The notes beneath the pieces are model-generated. The model saw only the letters and a list, made by a program, of their open reading frames with translations, was not told the origin of the DNA and ran no database searches. The position numbers were made by a program, and so were the translations under genes. This document shows, piece after piece, positions 15,701 through 31,099 of a DNA stretch of 64,000 nt. Source of the stretch: Eledone cirrhosa (taxonomy: Eukaryota); contig OZ024742.1 in NCBI GenBank assembly GCA_964016885.1, forward strand, positions 373,612,001 through 373,676,000, read 5' to 3'. Each line of letters starts with the position of its first letter. Position 1 is the first letter of the stretch.

Positions 15701-18700
15701 GTAGAGATGGTATAGTGATTCTAATAACCAGTATATAGGGATGGTACAGTGATTCTAATAACAGTATATAGGGATGGTACAGTGATTCTAATAACCAGTA
15801 TATAGAGATGGTACAGTGATTCTAATAACCAGTATATAGAGATGGTATAGTGATTCTAATAACCAGTATATAGAGATGGTATAGTGATTCTAATAACCAG
15901 TATATAGGGATGGTACAGTGATTCTAATAACAGTATATAGAGATGGTATAGTGATTCTAATAACCAGTATATAGAGATGGTATAGTGATTCTAATAACCA
16001 GTATGTAGAGATGGTATAGTGATTCTAATAACCAGTATATTGGGATGGTACAGTTATTCTAATAACCACTATATAGAGATGGTATAGTGACTCTAATAAC
16101 CAGTATATAGGGATGGTATAGTGATTCTAAAAACCATTATATAGAGATGGTATAGTGATTCTAATAACCAGTATATAGAGATGGTATAGTGATTCTAATA
16201 ACCAGTATGTAAAGATGGTACAGTGATTCTAATAACCATTATATAGAGATGGTACAGTGATTCTAATAACCAGTATATAAAGATGGTACATTGATTCTAA
16301 TAACCAGTATATAGGGATGGTATAGTGATTCTAATAACCAGTATATAAAGATGGTATAGTTATTCTAATAACCAGTATATAGAGATGATATAGTGATTCT
16401 AATAACCAGTATATAGAGAGATGGTATAGTGATTCTAATAACCAGTATATAGAGATTGTATAGTGATTCTAATAACCACTATATAGAGGTGGTATAGTGA
16501 TTCTAATAACCAGTATATAGAGGTGGTATAGTGATTCTAATAACCAGTATATAGAGATGGTATAGTGATTCTAATAACCAGTATAAAGAGATGGTGTAGT
16601 GATTCTAATAACCAGTATATAGAGATTGTATAGTGATTCTAATAACCAGTATATAGAGATGGTATAGTGATTCTAATAACCAGTATATAGAGATTGTATA
16701 GTGATTCTAATAACCAGTATATAGAGATGGTATAGTGATTCTAATAACCAGTATATAGAGATGCTATAGTGATTCTAATAACCAGTATATAGAGATGGTA
16801 TAGTGATTCTAATAACCAGTATATAGAGAAGGTACAGTGATTCTAATAACCAGTATATAGAGTTGGTACAGTGATTCTAATAACCAGTATATAGAGATGG
16901 TACAGTGATTCTAATAACAGTATATAGAGATGGTATAGTGATTCTAATAACCAGTATATGAGATGGTATAGTGATTCTAATAACCAGTATATAGAGATGG
17001 TACAGTGATTCTAATAACAGTATATAGAGATGGTATATTGACTCTAATAACCAGTATATTGAGATGGTATAGTGATTCTAATAACCAGTATATAAAGATG
17101 GTACAGTGATTCTAATAACCAGTATAGAGAGAAGGTATAGTGATTCTAATAACCAGTATATAAAGATGGTATAGTGATTCTAATAACCACTATATAGAGA
17201 TGGTACAGTGATTCTAATAACCAGTATATAAAGATGGTATAGTGATTCTAATAACCACTATATAGAGAAGGTATAGTGATTCTAATAACCAGTATATAAA
17301 GATGGTATAGTGATTCTAATAACCACTATATAGAGATGGTACAGTGATTCTAATAACCAGTATATGAGATGATATAGTGATTCTAATAACCAGTATATAA
17401 AGATGGTACAGTGATTCTAATAACCAGTATATAAAGATGGTATAGTGATTCTAATAACCAGTATATAAAGATGGTACAGTGATTCTAATAACCAGTATAG
17501 AGAGATGGTATAGTGATTCTAATAACCAGTATATAGAGATGGTATAGTGATTCTAATAACCAGTATATAGAGAAGGTATAGTGATTCTAATAACCACTAT
17601 ATAGAGATGGTATAGTGATTCTAATAACCAGTATATAGAGATGGTATAGTGATTCTAATAACCAGTATATAGGGATGATATAGTGATTCTAATAACCAGT
17701 ATTTAGAGATGGTATAGTGATTCTAATAACCATTATATAGGGATGGTACAGTGATTCTAATAACAGTATATAGAGATGGTATAGTGATTCTAATAACCAG
17801 TATATAGAGATGGTATAGTGATTCTAATAACCAGTATGTAGAGATGGTATAGTGATTCTAATAACCAGTATATAGAGATGGTATAGTGATTCTAATAACA
17901 GTATATAGAGATGGTATAGTGATTCTAATAACCAGTATATAGAGATGGTATAGTGATTCTAATAACCAGTATGTATAGATGGTATAGTGATTCTAGTAAC
18001 CAGTATATAGAGATGGTATAGGGATTCTAATAACCAGTATATAGAGATCGTATAGTGATTCTAATAACCAGTATATAAAGATGGTACAGTGATTCTAATA
18101 ACCATTATATAGAGATGGTACAGTGATTCTAATAACCAGTATATAAAGATGGTACATTGATTCTAATAACCAGTATAGAGAGATGGTTTAGTGATTCTAA
18201 TAACCAGTATATAGGGATGGTATAGTGATTCTAATAACCAGTATATGAAGATGGTACAGTGATTCAAATAACCAGTATATAAAGATGGTACAGTGATTCT
18301 AATAACCAGTATATAGAGATGATATAGTGATTCTAATAACCAGTATATAGAGATGGTATAGAGATTCTAATAACCAGTATATAGAGATGGTATAGTGACT
18401 CTAATAACCAGTATAGAGAGATGGTATAGTGATTCTAATAAACAGTATATAGAGATGGTATAGTGATTCTAATAACCAGTATATAGAGATGGTATAGTGA
18501 TTCTAATAACCAGTATATAGAGATGGTATAGTGATTCTAATAACCAGTATATAGAGATGGTATAGTGATTCTAATAACCAGTATATAGAGATGGTATAGT
18601 GATTCTAATAACCAGTATATAGAGATGGTATAGTGATTCTAATAACCAGTATATAGAGATGGTATAGTGATTCTAATAACCAGTATATAGGGATGGTATA

Positions 18701-20270
18701 GTGATTCTAATAACCAGTATATAGAGATGGTATAGTGATTCTAATAACCAGTATATAGAGATGGTACAGTGATTCTAACAACCAGTATATGAGATGGTAT
18801 AGTGATTCTAATAACCAGTATATTGGGATGGTACAGTGATTCTAATAACCAGTATAGAGAGATGGTATAGTGATTCTAATAACCAGTATATAGGGATGGT
18901 ATAGTGATTCTAATAACCAGTATATAAAGATGGTATGGTGATTCTAATAACCAGTATGTAGAGATGGTATAGTGATTCTAATAACCAGTATATAGAGATG
19001 GTATAGTGATTCTAATAACCAGTATATAGAGATGGTATAGTGATTCTAATAACCAGTATGTAGAGATGGTATAGTGATTCTAATAACCAGTATATAGGGA
19101 TGGTATAGTGATTCTAATAACCAGTATATAGAGATGGTATAGTGATTCTAATAACCAGTATATGGAGATGGTATAGTGATTCTAATAACCAGTATATTGG
19201 GATGGTACAGTGATTCTAATAACCAGTATATAGAGATGGTATAGGGATTCTAATAACCAGTATGTAGAGATGGTATAGTGATTCTAATAACCAGTATATG
19301 GAGATGGTATAGTGATTCTAATAACCAGTATATTGGGATGGTACAGTGATTCTAATAACCAGTATAGAGAGATGGTATAGTGATTCTAATAACCAGTATA
19401 TAGGGATGGTATAGTGATTCTAATAACCAGTATATAAAGATGGTATGGTGATTCTAATAACCAGTATATAGAGATGGTATAGTGATTCTAATAACCAGTA
19501 TAAAGAGAAGGTATAGTGATTCTAATAACCAGTATATAAAGATGGTACAGTGATTCTAATAACCAGTATATAGAGATGGTATAGTGATTCTAATAACCAG
19601 TATATAGAGATGGTATAGTGATTCTAATAACCAGTATATAGAGATGGTATAGTGATTCAAATAACCAGTATATAAAGATGGTACAGTGATTCTAATAACC
19701 AGTATACAGAGATGGTATAGTGATTCTAATGACCAGTATATAGAGATGGTATAGTGATTCTAATAACCAGTATATAGAGATGGTATAGTGATTCTAATAA
19801 CCAGTACATAGAGATGGTACAGTAATTATAATAACCAGTATATAGAGATCGTATAGTGATTCTAATAACCAGTATATAGAGATGGTACAGTGATTCTAAT
19901 AACCAGTATATAGAGATGGTATAGTGATTCTAATAACCAGTATATAGAGAAGGTATAGTGATTCTAATAACCAGTATATAGAGATGCTATAGTGATTCTA
20001 ATAACCAGTATATAGAGTTGGTACAGTGATTCTAATAACCAGTATATAGAGATGGTACAGTGATTCTAATAACCAGTATATAGAGATGGTATAGTGATTC
20101 TAATAACCAGTATAGAGAGAAGGTATAGTGATTCTAAAAACCAGTATATAGAGATGGTACAGTGATTCTAATAACAGTATATAGATATGGTACAGTGATT
20201 CTAATAACCAGTATATGAGATGGTATAGTGAGTCTAATAACCAGTATATAAAGATGGTACAGTGATTCTA
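9721..20270. repeat. About 5.1-5.4-kb tandem duplication (9721-15150 and 15151-about 20270)
   Basis: The variant order is identical from 9721 and from 15151 (offset 5430). The offset falls to 5328 (10369/15697) and then 5124 (ATGAAG 13121/18245; GTACAT 14680/19804), i.e. losses of 3 and then 6 whole monomers. Confidence 0.88.
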
Positions 20271-23200
20271 ATAACCAGTATATAAAGATGGTATAGTGAT
20301 TCTAATAACCACTATATAGAGATGGTATAGTGACTCTAATAATGAGTATATAGAGATGGTACAGTGATTCTAATAACCAGTATATAGAGAAGGTATAGTG
20401 ATTCTAATAACCAGTATATAGGGATGGTATAGTGATTCTAATAACCAGTATATAGAGATGGTATAGTGATTCTAATAACAGTATATAGAGATGGTATAGT
20501 GATTCTAATAACCAGTATATAGAGATGGTATAGTGATTCTAATAACCAGTATATAGAGATGGTACAGTGATTCTAATAACAGTATATAGAGATGGTACAG
20601 TGATTCTAATAACCAGTATATGAGATGGTATAGTGAGTCTAATAACCAGTATATAAAGATGGTACAGTGATTCTAATAACCAGTATATAAAGATGGTATA
20701 GTGATTCTAATAACCACTATATAGAGATGGTATAGTGACTCTAATAATGAGTATATAGAGATGGTACAGTGATTCTAATAACCAGTATATAGAGAAGGTA
20801 TAGTGATTCTAATAACCAGTATATAGGGATGGTATAGTGATTCTAATAACCAGTATATAGAGATGGTATAGTGATTCTAATAACAGTATATAGAGATGGT
20901 ATAGTGATTCTAATAACCAGTATATAGAGATGGTATAGTGATTCTAATAACCAGTATGTAGAGATGGTATAGTGATTCTAATAACCAGTATATAGGGATG
21001 GTATAGTGATTCTAATAACCAGTATATAGAGATGGTATAGTGATTCTAATAACCAGTATATGGAGATTGTATAGTGATTCTAATAACCAGTATATTGGGA
21101 TGGTACAGTGATTCTAATAACCACTATAGAGGGATGGTATAGTGATTCTAATAACCAGTATATTGGGATGGTATAGTGACTCTAATAACCAGTATATAGG
21201 GATGGTATAGTGATTCTAATAACCAGTATATAAAGATGGTATAGTGATTCTAATAACCAGTATATAGAGATGGTATAGTGATTCTAATAACCAGTATATA
21301 AAGATGGTACGGTGATTCTAATAACCATTATATAGAGATGGTATAGTGATTCTAATAACCAGTATATAAAGATGGTATAGTGATTCTAATAACCAGTATA
21401 TAGAGATGGTATAGTGATTCTAATGACCAGTATATAGAGATGGTATAGTGATTCTAATAACCAGTATATAAAGATGGTACTGTAATTCTAATAACCAGTA
21501 TATAGAGATCGTATAGTGATTCTAATAACCAGTATATAAAGATGGTACAGTGATTCTAATAACCATTATATAGAGATGGTACAGTGATTCTAATAACCAG
21601 TATATAAAGATGGTACAGTGATTCTAATAACCAGTATAGAGAGATGGTTTAGTGATTCAAATAACCAGTATATAGGTTTGGTATAGTGATTCTAATAACC
21701 AGTATATAGAGATGGTATAGTGATTCTAATAACCAGTATATAGAGATTGTATAGTGATTCTAATAACCACTATATAGAGATGGTATAGTGATTCTAATAA
21801 CCAGTATATAGAGGTGGTATAGTGATTCTAATAACCAGTATATAGAGATGGTATAATGATTCTAATAACCAGTATATAGAGATGGTATAGTGATTCTAAT
21901 AACCAGTATATAGAGATGGTATAGTGATTCTAATAACCAGTATATAGAGATGGTACAGTGATTCTAATAACCAGTATATAGAGATGGTATAGTGATTCTA
22001 ATGACCAGTATATAGAGATGGTATAGTGATTCTAATAACCAGTATATAAAGATGGTACAGTAATTATAATAACCAGTATATAGAGATCGTATAGTGATTC
22101 TAATAACCAGTATATAGAGATGGTACAGTGATTCTAATAACCAGTATATAGAGATGGTATAGTGATTCTAATAACCAGTATATAGAGATGGTACAGTGAT
22201 TCTAATAACCAGTATATAGAGATGGTATAGGGATTCTAAAAACCAGTATATAGAGATGGTATAGTGATTCTAATAACCAGTATATAGGGATGGTAGAGGG
22301 ATTCTAATAACCAGTATATAGAGATGGTATAGTGATTCTAATAACCAGTATATGGAGATGGTATAGTGATTCTAATAACCAGTATATTGGGATGGTACAG
22401 TGATTCTAATAACCAGTATATAGAGATGGTATAGTGATTCTAATAACCAGTATGTATAGATGGTATAGTGATTCTAGTAACCAGTATATAGAGATGGTAT
22501 AGGGATTCTAATAACCAGTATATAGAGATCGTATAGTGATTCTAATAACCAGTATATAAAGATGGTACAGTGATTCTAATAACCATTATATAGAGATGGT
22601 ACAGTGATTCTAATAACCAGTATATAAAGATGGTACATTGATTCTAATAACCAGTATAGAGAGATGGTTTAGTGATTCTAATAACCAGTATATAGGGATG
22701 GTATAGTGATTCTAATAACCAGTATATGAAGATGGTACAGTGATTCTGATAACCAGTATATAAAGATGGTACAGTGATTCTAATAACCAGTATATAGAGA
22801 TGATATAGTGATTCTAATAACCAGTATATAGTGATGGTATAGAGATTCTAATAACCAGTATATAGAGATGGTATAGTGACTCTAATAACCAGTATAGAGA
22901 GATGGTATAGTGATTCTAATAAACAGTATATAGAGATGGTATAGTGATTCTAATAACCAGTATATAGAGATGGTATAGTGATTCTAATAACCAGTATATA
23001 GAGATGGTATAGTGATTCTAATAACCAGTATATAGAGATGGTATAGTGATTCTAATAACCAGTATATAGAGATGGTATAGTGATTCTAATAACCAGTATA
23101 TAGAGATGTAATAGTGATTCTAATAACCAGTATATAGAGATGGTATAGTGATTCTAATAACCAGTATATAGGGATGGTATAGTGATTCTAATAACCAGTA

Positions 23201-26110
23201 TATAGAGATGGTATAGTGATTCTAATAACCAGTATATAGAGATGGTACAGTGATTCTAATAACCAGTATATGAGATGGTATAGTGATTCTAATAACCAGT
23301 ATATTGGGATGGTACAGTGATTCTAATAACCAGTATAGAGAGATGGTATAGTGATTCTAATAACCAGTATATAGGGATGGTATAGTGATTCTAATAACCA
23401 GTATATAAAGATGGTATGGTGATTCTAATAACCAGTATGTAGAGATGGTATAGTGATTCTAATAACCAGTATATAGAGATGGTATAGTGATTCTAATAAC
23501 CAGTATATAGAGATGGTATAGTGATTCTAATAACCAGTATGTAGAGATGGTATAGTGATTCTAATAACCAGTATATAGGGATGGTATAGTGATTCTAATA
23601 ACCAGTATATAGAGATGGTATAGTGATTCTAATAACCAGTATATGGAGATGGTATAGTGATTCTAATAACCAGTATATTGGGATGGTACAGTGATTCTAA
23701 TAACCAGTATATAGAGATGGTATAGGGATTCTAATAACCAGTATGTAGAGATGGTACAGTGATTCTAATAACCAGTATATGGAGATGGTATAGTGATTCT
23801 AATAACCAGTATATTGGGATGGTACAGTGATTCTAATAACCAGTATAGAGAGATGGTATAGTGATTCTAATAACCAGTATATAGGGATGGTATAGTGATT
23901 CTAATAACCAGTATATAAAGATGGTATGGTGATTCTAATAACCAGTATATAGAGATGGTATAGTGATTCTAATAACCAGTATAAAGAGAAGGTATAGTGA
24001 TTCTAATAACCAGTATATAAAGATGGTACAGTGATTCTAATAACCAGTATATAGAGATGGTATAGTGATTCTAATAACCAGTATATAGAGATGGTATAGT
24101 GATTCTAATCACCAGTATATAGAGATGGTATAGTGATTCAAATAACCAGTATATAAAGATGGTACAGTGATTCTAATAACCAGTATACAGAGATGGTATA
24201 GTGATTCTAATGACCAGTATATAGAGATGGTATAGTGATTCTAATAACCAGTATATAGAGATGGTATAGTGATTCTAATAACCAGTACATAGAGATGGTA
24301 CAGTAATTATAATAACCAGTATATAGAGATCGTATAGTGATTCTAATAACCAGTATATAGAGATGGTACAGTGATTCTAATAACCAGTATATAGAGATGG
24401 TATAGTGATTCTAATAACCAGTATATAGAGATGGTATAGTGATTCTAATAACCAGTATATAGAGAAGGTATAGTGATTCTAATAACCAGTATATAGAGAT
24501 GCTATAGTGATTCTAATAACCAGTATATAGAGTTGGTACAGTGATTCTAATAACCAGTATATAGAGATGGTACAGTGATTCTAATAACCAGTATATAGAG
24601 ATGGTATAGTGATTCTAATAACCAGTATAGAGAGAAGGTATAGTGATTCTAAAAACCAGTATATAGAGATGGTACAGTGATTCTAATAACAGTATATAGA
24701 GATGGTACAGTGATTCTAATAACCAGTATATGAGATGGTATAGTGAGTCTAATAACCAGTATATAAAGATGGTACAGTGATTCTAATAACCAGTATATAA
24801 AGATGGTATAGTGATTCTAATAACCACTATATAGAGATGGTATAGTGACTCTAATAATGAGTATATAGAGATGGTACAGTGATTCTAATAACCAGTATAT
24901 AGAGAAGGTATAGTGATTCTAATAACCAGTATATAGGGATGGTATAGTGATTCTAATAACCAGTATATAGAGATGGTATAGTGATTCTAATAACAGTATA
25001 TAGAGATGGTATAGTGATTCTAATAACCAGTATATAGAGATGGTATAGTGATTCTAATAACCAGTATATAGAGATGGTACAGTGATTCTAATAACAGTAT
25101 ATAGAGATGGTACAGTGATTCTAATAACCAGTATATGAGATGGTATAGTGAGTCTAATAACCAGTATATAAAGATGGTACAGTGATTCTAATAACCAGTA
25201 TATAAAGATGGTATAGTGATTCTAATAACCACTATATAGAGATGGTATAGTGACTCTAATAATGAGTATATAGAGATGGTACAGTGATTCTAATAACCAG
25301 TATATAGAGAAGGTATAGTGATTCTAATAACCAGTATATAGGGATGGTATAGTGATTCTAATAACCAGTATATAGAGATGGTATAGTGATTCTAATAACA
25401 GTATATAGAGATGGTATAGTGATTCTAATAACCAGTATATAGAGATGGTATAGTGATTCTAATAACCAGTATGTAGAGATGGTATAGTGATTCTAATAAC
25501 CAGTATATAGGGATGGTATAGTGATTCTAATAACCAGTATATAGAGATGGTATAGTGATTCTAATAACCAGTATATGGAGATTGTATAGTGATTCTAATA
25601 ACCAGTATATTGGGATGGTACAGTGATTCTAATAACCACTATATAGGGATGGTATAGTGATTCTAATAACCAGTATATTGGGATGGTATAGTGACTCTAA
25701 TAACCAGTATATAGGGATGGTATAGTGATTCTAATAACCAGTATATAAAGATGGTATAGTGATTCTAATAACCAGTATATAGAGATGGTATAGTGATTCT
25801 AATAACCAGTATATAAAGATGGTACGGTGATTCTAATAACCATTATATAGAGATGGTATAGTGATTCTAATAACCAGTATATAAAGATGGTATAGTGATT
25901 CTAATAACCAGTATATAGAGATGGTATAGTGATTCTAATGACCAGTATATAGAGATGGTATAGTGATTCTAATAACCAGTATATAAAGATGGTACTGTAA
26001 TTCTAATAACCAGTATATAGAGATCGTATAGTGATTCTAATAACCAGTATATAAAGATGGTACAGTGATTCTAATAACCATTATATAGAGATGGTACAGT
26101 GATTCTAATA
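17950..26110. repeat. About 4.5-kb repeated block (about 17950-21600 and about 22340-26110)
   Basis: ATGAAG 18245/22726 and GTACAT 19804/24285 (offset 4481); AATGAG 20342/24857 and 20747/25262 (offset 4515). Confidence 0.85.
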
Positions 26111-27030
26111 ACCAGTATATAAAGATGGTATAGTGATTCTAATAACCACTATATAGAGATGGTATAGTGACTCTAATAATGAGTATATAGAGATGGTACA
26201 GTGATTCTAATAACCAGTATATAGAGAAGGTATAGTGATTCTAATAACCAGTATATAGGGATGGTATAGTGATTCTAATAACCAGTATATAGAGATGGTA
26301 TAGTGATTCTAATAACAGTATATAGAGATGGTATAGTGATTCTAATAACCAGTATATAGAGATGGTATAGTGATTCTAATAACCAGTATGTAGAGATGGT
26401 ATAGTGATTCTAATAACCAGTATATAGGGATGGTATAGTGATTCTAATAACCAGTATATAGAGATGGTATAGTGATTCTAATAACCAGTATATGGAGATT
26501 GTATAGTGATTCTAATAACCAGTATATTGGGATGGTACAGTGATTCTAATAACCACTATATAGGGATGGTATAGTGATTCTAATAACCAGTATATTGGGA
26601 TGGTATAGTGACTCTAATAACCAGTATATAGGGATGGTATAGTGATTCTAATAACCAGTATATAAAGATGGTATAGTGATTCTAATAACCAGTATATAGA
26701 GATGGTATAGTGATTCTAATAACCAGTATATAAAGATGGTACGGTGATTCTAATAACCATTATATAGAGATGGTATAGTGATTCTAATAACCAGTATATA
26801 AAGATGGTATAGTGATTCTAATAACCAGTATATAGAGATGGTATAGTGATTCTAATGACCAGTATATAGAGATGGTATAGTGATTCTAATAACCAGTATA
26901 TAAAGATGGTACTGTAATTCTAATAACCAGTATATAGAGATCGTATAGTGATTCTAATAACCAGTATATAAAGATGGTACAGTGATTCTAATAACCATTA
27001 TATAGAGATGGTACAGTGATTCTAATAACC
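25200..27030. repeat. 917-bp (27-monomer) tandem duplication
   Basis: AATGAG at 25262/26179 is followed by the same variant string in both copies (TATGGAGATTG, ACCACTATATAGGG, GGTACGGT, GGTACTGTAATT). Confidence 0.85.
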
Positions 27031-30000
27031 AGTATATAAAGATGGTACAGTGATTCTAATAACCAGTATAGAGAGATGGTTTAGTGATTCAAATAACCAG
27101 TATATAGGGATGGTATAGTGATTCTAATAACCAGTATATAGAGATGGTATAGTGATTCTAATAACCAGTATATACAGAGATGGTATAGTGATTCTAATAA
27201 CCAGTATATAGAGATTGTAAAGTGATTCTAATAACCACTATATAGAGATGGTATAGTGATTCTAATAACCAGTATATAGAGGTGGTATAGTGATTCTAAT
27301 AACCAGTATATAGAGATGGTATAGTGATTCTAATAACCAGTATATAGAGATGGTATAGTGATTCTAATAACCAGTATATAGAGATGGTATAGTGATTCTA
27401 ATAACCAGTATATAGAGATGGTACTGTGATTCTAATAACCAGTATATAGAGATGGTATAGTGATTCTAATGACCAGTATATAGAGATGGTATAGTGATTC
27501 TAATAAACCAGTATATAAAGATGGTACAGTAATTATAATAACCAGTATATAGAGATCGTATAGTGATTCTAATAACCAGTATATAGAGATGGTACAGTGA
27601 TTCTAATAACCAGTATATAGAGATGGTATAGTGATTCTAATAACCAGTATATAGAGATGGTACAGTGATTCTAATAACCAGTATATAGAGATGGTATAGT
27701 GATTCTAATAACCAGTATATAGAGATGGTACAGTGATTCTAATAACCAGTATATAGAGATGGTATAGGGATTCTAAAAACCAGTATATAGAGATGGTATA
27801 GTGATTCTAATAACCAGTATATAGGGATGGTAGAGGGATTCTAATAACCAGTATATAGAGATGGTATAGTGATTCTAATAACCAGTATATAGAGATGGTA
27901 TAGTGATTCTAATAACCAGTATTTAGAGATCGTATAGTGATTCTAATAACCAGTATATATAGTTGGTACAGTGATTCTAATAACCAGTATATAGAGATGG
28001 TACAGTGATTCTAATAACCAGTATATAGAGAAGGTAGAGGGATTCTAATAACCAGTATAGAGAGATGGTATAGTGATTCTAATAACCATTATATAGAGAT
28101 GGTATAGTGATTCTAATAACCAGTATATAGGGATTGTATAGTGATTCTAATAACCAGTATATAGAGAAGGTATAGTGACTCTAATAACCAGTATATAGAG
28201 ATGGTATAGTGATTCTAATAACCAGTATATATAGTTGGTACAGTGATTCTAATAACCAGTATATTGAGATGGTACAGTGATTCTAATAACAGTATGTAGA
28301 GATGGTATAGTGATTCTAATAACCAGTATATAGAGATGCTATAGTGATTCTAATAACCAGTATATAGAGTTGGTACAGTGATTCTAATAACCAGTATATA
28401 GAGAAGGTATAGTGACTCTAATAACCAGTATATAGAGATGGTATAGTGATTCTAATAACCAGTATATATAGTTGGTACAGTGATTCTAATAACCAGTATA
28501 TTGAGATGGTACAGTGATTCTAATAACAGTATGTAGAGATGGTATAGTGATTCTAATAACCAGTATAGAGAGATGGTATAGTGATTCTAATAACCAGTAT
28601 ATAGGGATGGTACAGTGATTCTAATAACCAGTATATAAAGATGGTACTGTAATTCTAATAACCAGTATATAGAGATCGTATAGTGATTCTAATAACCAGT
28701 ATATAGAGATGGTATTGTGATTCTAATAACCAGTATATAGAGAAGGTATAGTGATTCTAATAACCATTATATAGAGATGGTACAGTGATTCTAATAACCA
28801 GTATATAAAGATGGTACAGTGATTCTAATAACCAGTATATAGAGATGGTATAGTGATTCTAATAACCAGTATATACAGAGATGGTATAGTGATTCTAATA
28901 ACCAGTATATAGAGATCGTATAGTGATTCTAATAACCAGTATATAGAGATGATATAGTGATTCTAATAACCAGTATATTGAGATGGTACAGTGATTCTAA
29001 TAACAGTATGTAGAGATGGTATAGTGATTCTAATAACCAGTATATAGAGATGCTATAGTGATTCTAATAACCAGTATATAGAGTTGGTACAGTGATTCTA
29101 ATAACAGTATATAGAGATGGTATAGTGATTCTAATAACCAGTATATAGAGAAGGTATAGTGATTCTAATAACCATTATATAGAGATGGTACAGTGATTCT
29201 AATAACCAGTATATAGAGATGGTATAGTGATTCTAATAACCAGTATATACAGAGATGGTATAGTGATTCTAATAACCAGTATATAGAGATCGTATAGTGA
29301 TTCTAATAACCACTATATTGAGATGGTATAGTGATTCTAATAACCAGTATATAGAGATGGTATAGTGATTCTAATAACCAGTATATAGGGATGGTATAGT
29401 GATTCTAATAACCATTATATAGAGATGGTACAGTGATTCTAATAACCAGTATATAAAGATGGTACAGTGATTCTAATAACCAGTATATAGAGATGATATA
29501 GTGATTCTAATAACCAGTATATAGAGATGGTATAGTGATTCTAATAACCAGTATATACAGAGATGGTATAGTGATTCTAATAACCAGTATATAGAGATTG
29601 TATAGTGATTCTAATAACCAGTATATAGAGATGGTATAGTGATTCTAATAACCAGTATATAGAGATGGTATAGTGATTCTAATAACCAGTATATAGAGAT
29701 GGTATAGTGATTCTAATAACCAGTATATAGAGGTGGTATAGTGATTCTAATAACCAGTATATAGAGATTGTATAGTGATTCTAATAACCACTATATAGAG
29801 ATGGTATAGTGATTCTAATAACCAGTATATAGAGATGATATAGTGATTCTAATAACCAGTATATAGAGATGGTATAGTGATTCTAATAACCAGTATATAC
29901 AGAGATGGTATAGTGATTCTAATAACCAGTATATAGAGATTGTATAGTGATTCTAATAACCAGTATATAGAGATGGTATAGTGATTCTAATAACCAGTAT

Positions 30001-31099
30001 ATAGAGATGGTATAGTGATTCTAATAACCAGTATATAGAGATGGTATAGTGATTCTAATAACCAGTATATAGAGGTGGTATAGTGATTCTAATAACCAGT
30101 ATATAGAGATTGTATAGTGATTCTAATAACCAGTATATAGAGATGGTATAGTGATTCTAATAACCAGTATATAGAGATGGTATAGTGATTCTAATAACCA
30201 GTATATAGAGATGGTACAATGATTCTAATAACCAGTATATAGAGATCGTATTGTGATTCTAATAACCAGTATACAGAGAAGGTATAGTGATTCTAATAAC
30301 CAGTATATAGAGATGGTATAGTGATTCTAATAAACAGTATAGAGAGATGGTATAGTGATTCTAATAATAAGTATAGAGAGATAGTATAGTGATTCTAATA
30401 ACCAGTATATAGAGATGGTATAGTGATTCTAATAACCAGTATATAGGGATGGTATAGTGATTCTAATAACCAGTATTTAGAGATCGTATAGTGATTCTAT
30501 AACCAGTATAGAGAGATGGTATAGTGATTCTAATAACCAGTATAGAGAGATGGTATAGTGATTCTAATAACCAGTATATAGAGATGGTATAGTGATTCTA
30601 ACAACCAGTATATAGAGATGGTATAGTGATTCTAATAACAGTATAGAGAGATGGTATAGTGATTCTAATAATAAGTATAGAGAGATGGTATAGTGATTCT
30701 AATAACCAGTATATAGAGATGGTATAGTGATTCTAATAACCAGTATATAGAGATGCTATAGTGATTCTAATAACAGTATATAGAGATGGTATAGTGATTC
30801 TAATAACCAGTATATAGAGATGGTATAGTGATTCCAATAACCAGTATATAGGGATCGGATAGTGATTCTAATAACAGTATATAGAGATGGTATAGTGATT
30901 CTAATAACCAGTATATAGGGATCGTATAGTGATTCTAATAACCAGTATATAGAGATGGTATAGTGACTCTAATAACCAGTATATAGCGATGGTATAGTGA
31001 TTCTAATAACCAGTATATAGAGATGGTATAGTGATTCTAATAACCAGTATATAGGGATCGTATAGTGATTCTAATAACCAGTATATAGAGATGGTATAG

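Larger units (their letters stand above)
1..27400. repeat. Left array domain, rich in TAAAGAT and GGTACAGT variants
   Basis: Variants TATATGGAGAT followed by TATATTGGGATGG, TATATGAAG, TATGTATAG, AATAATGAGT, GGTACGGT and 33-bp TATATGAGAT were seen only left of about 27 kb. Confidence 0.75.
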
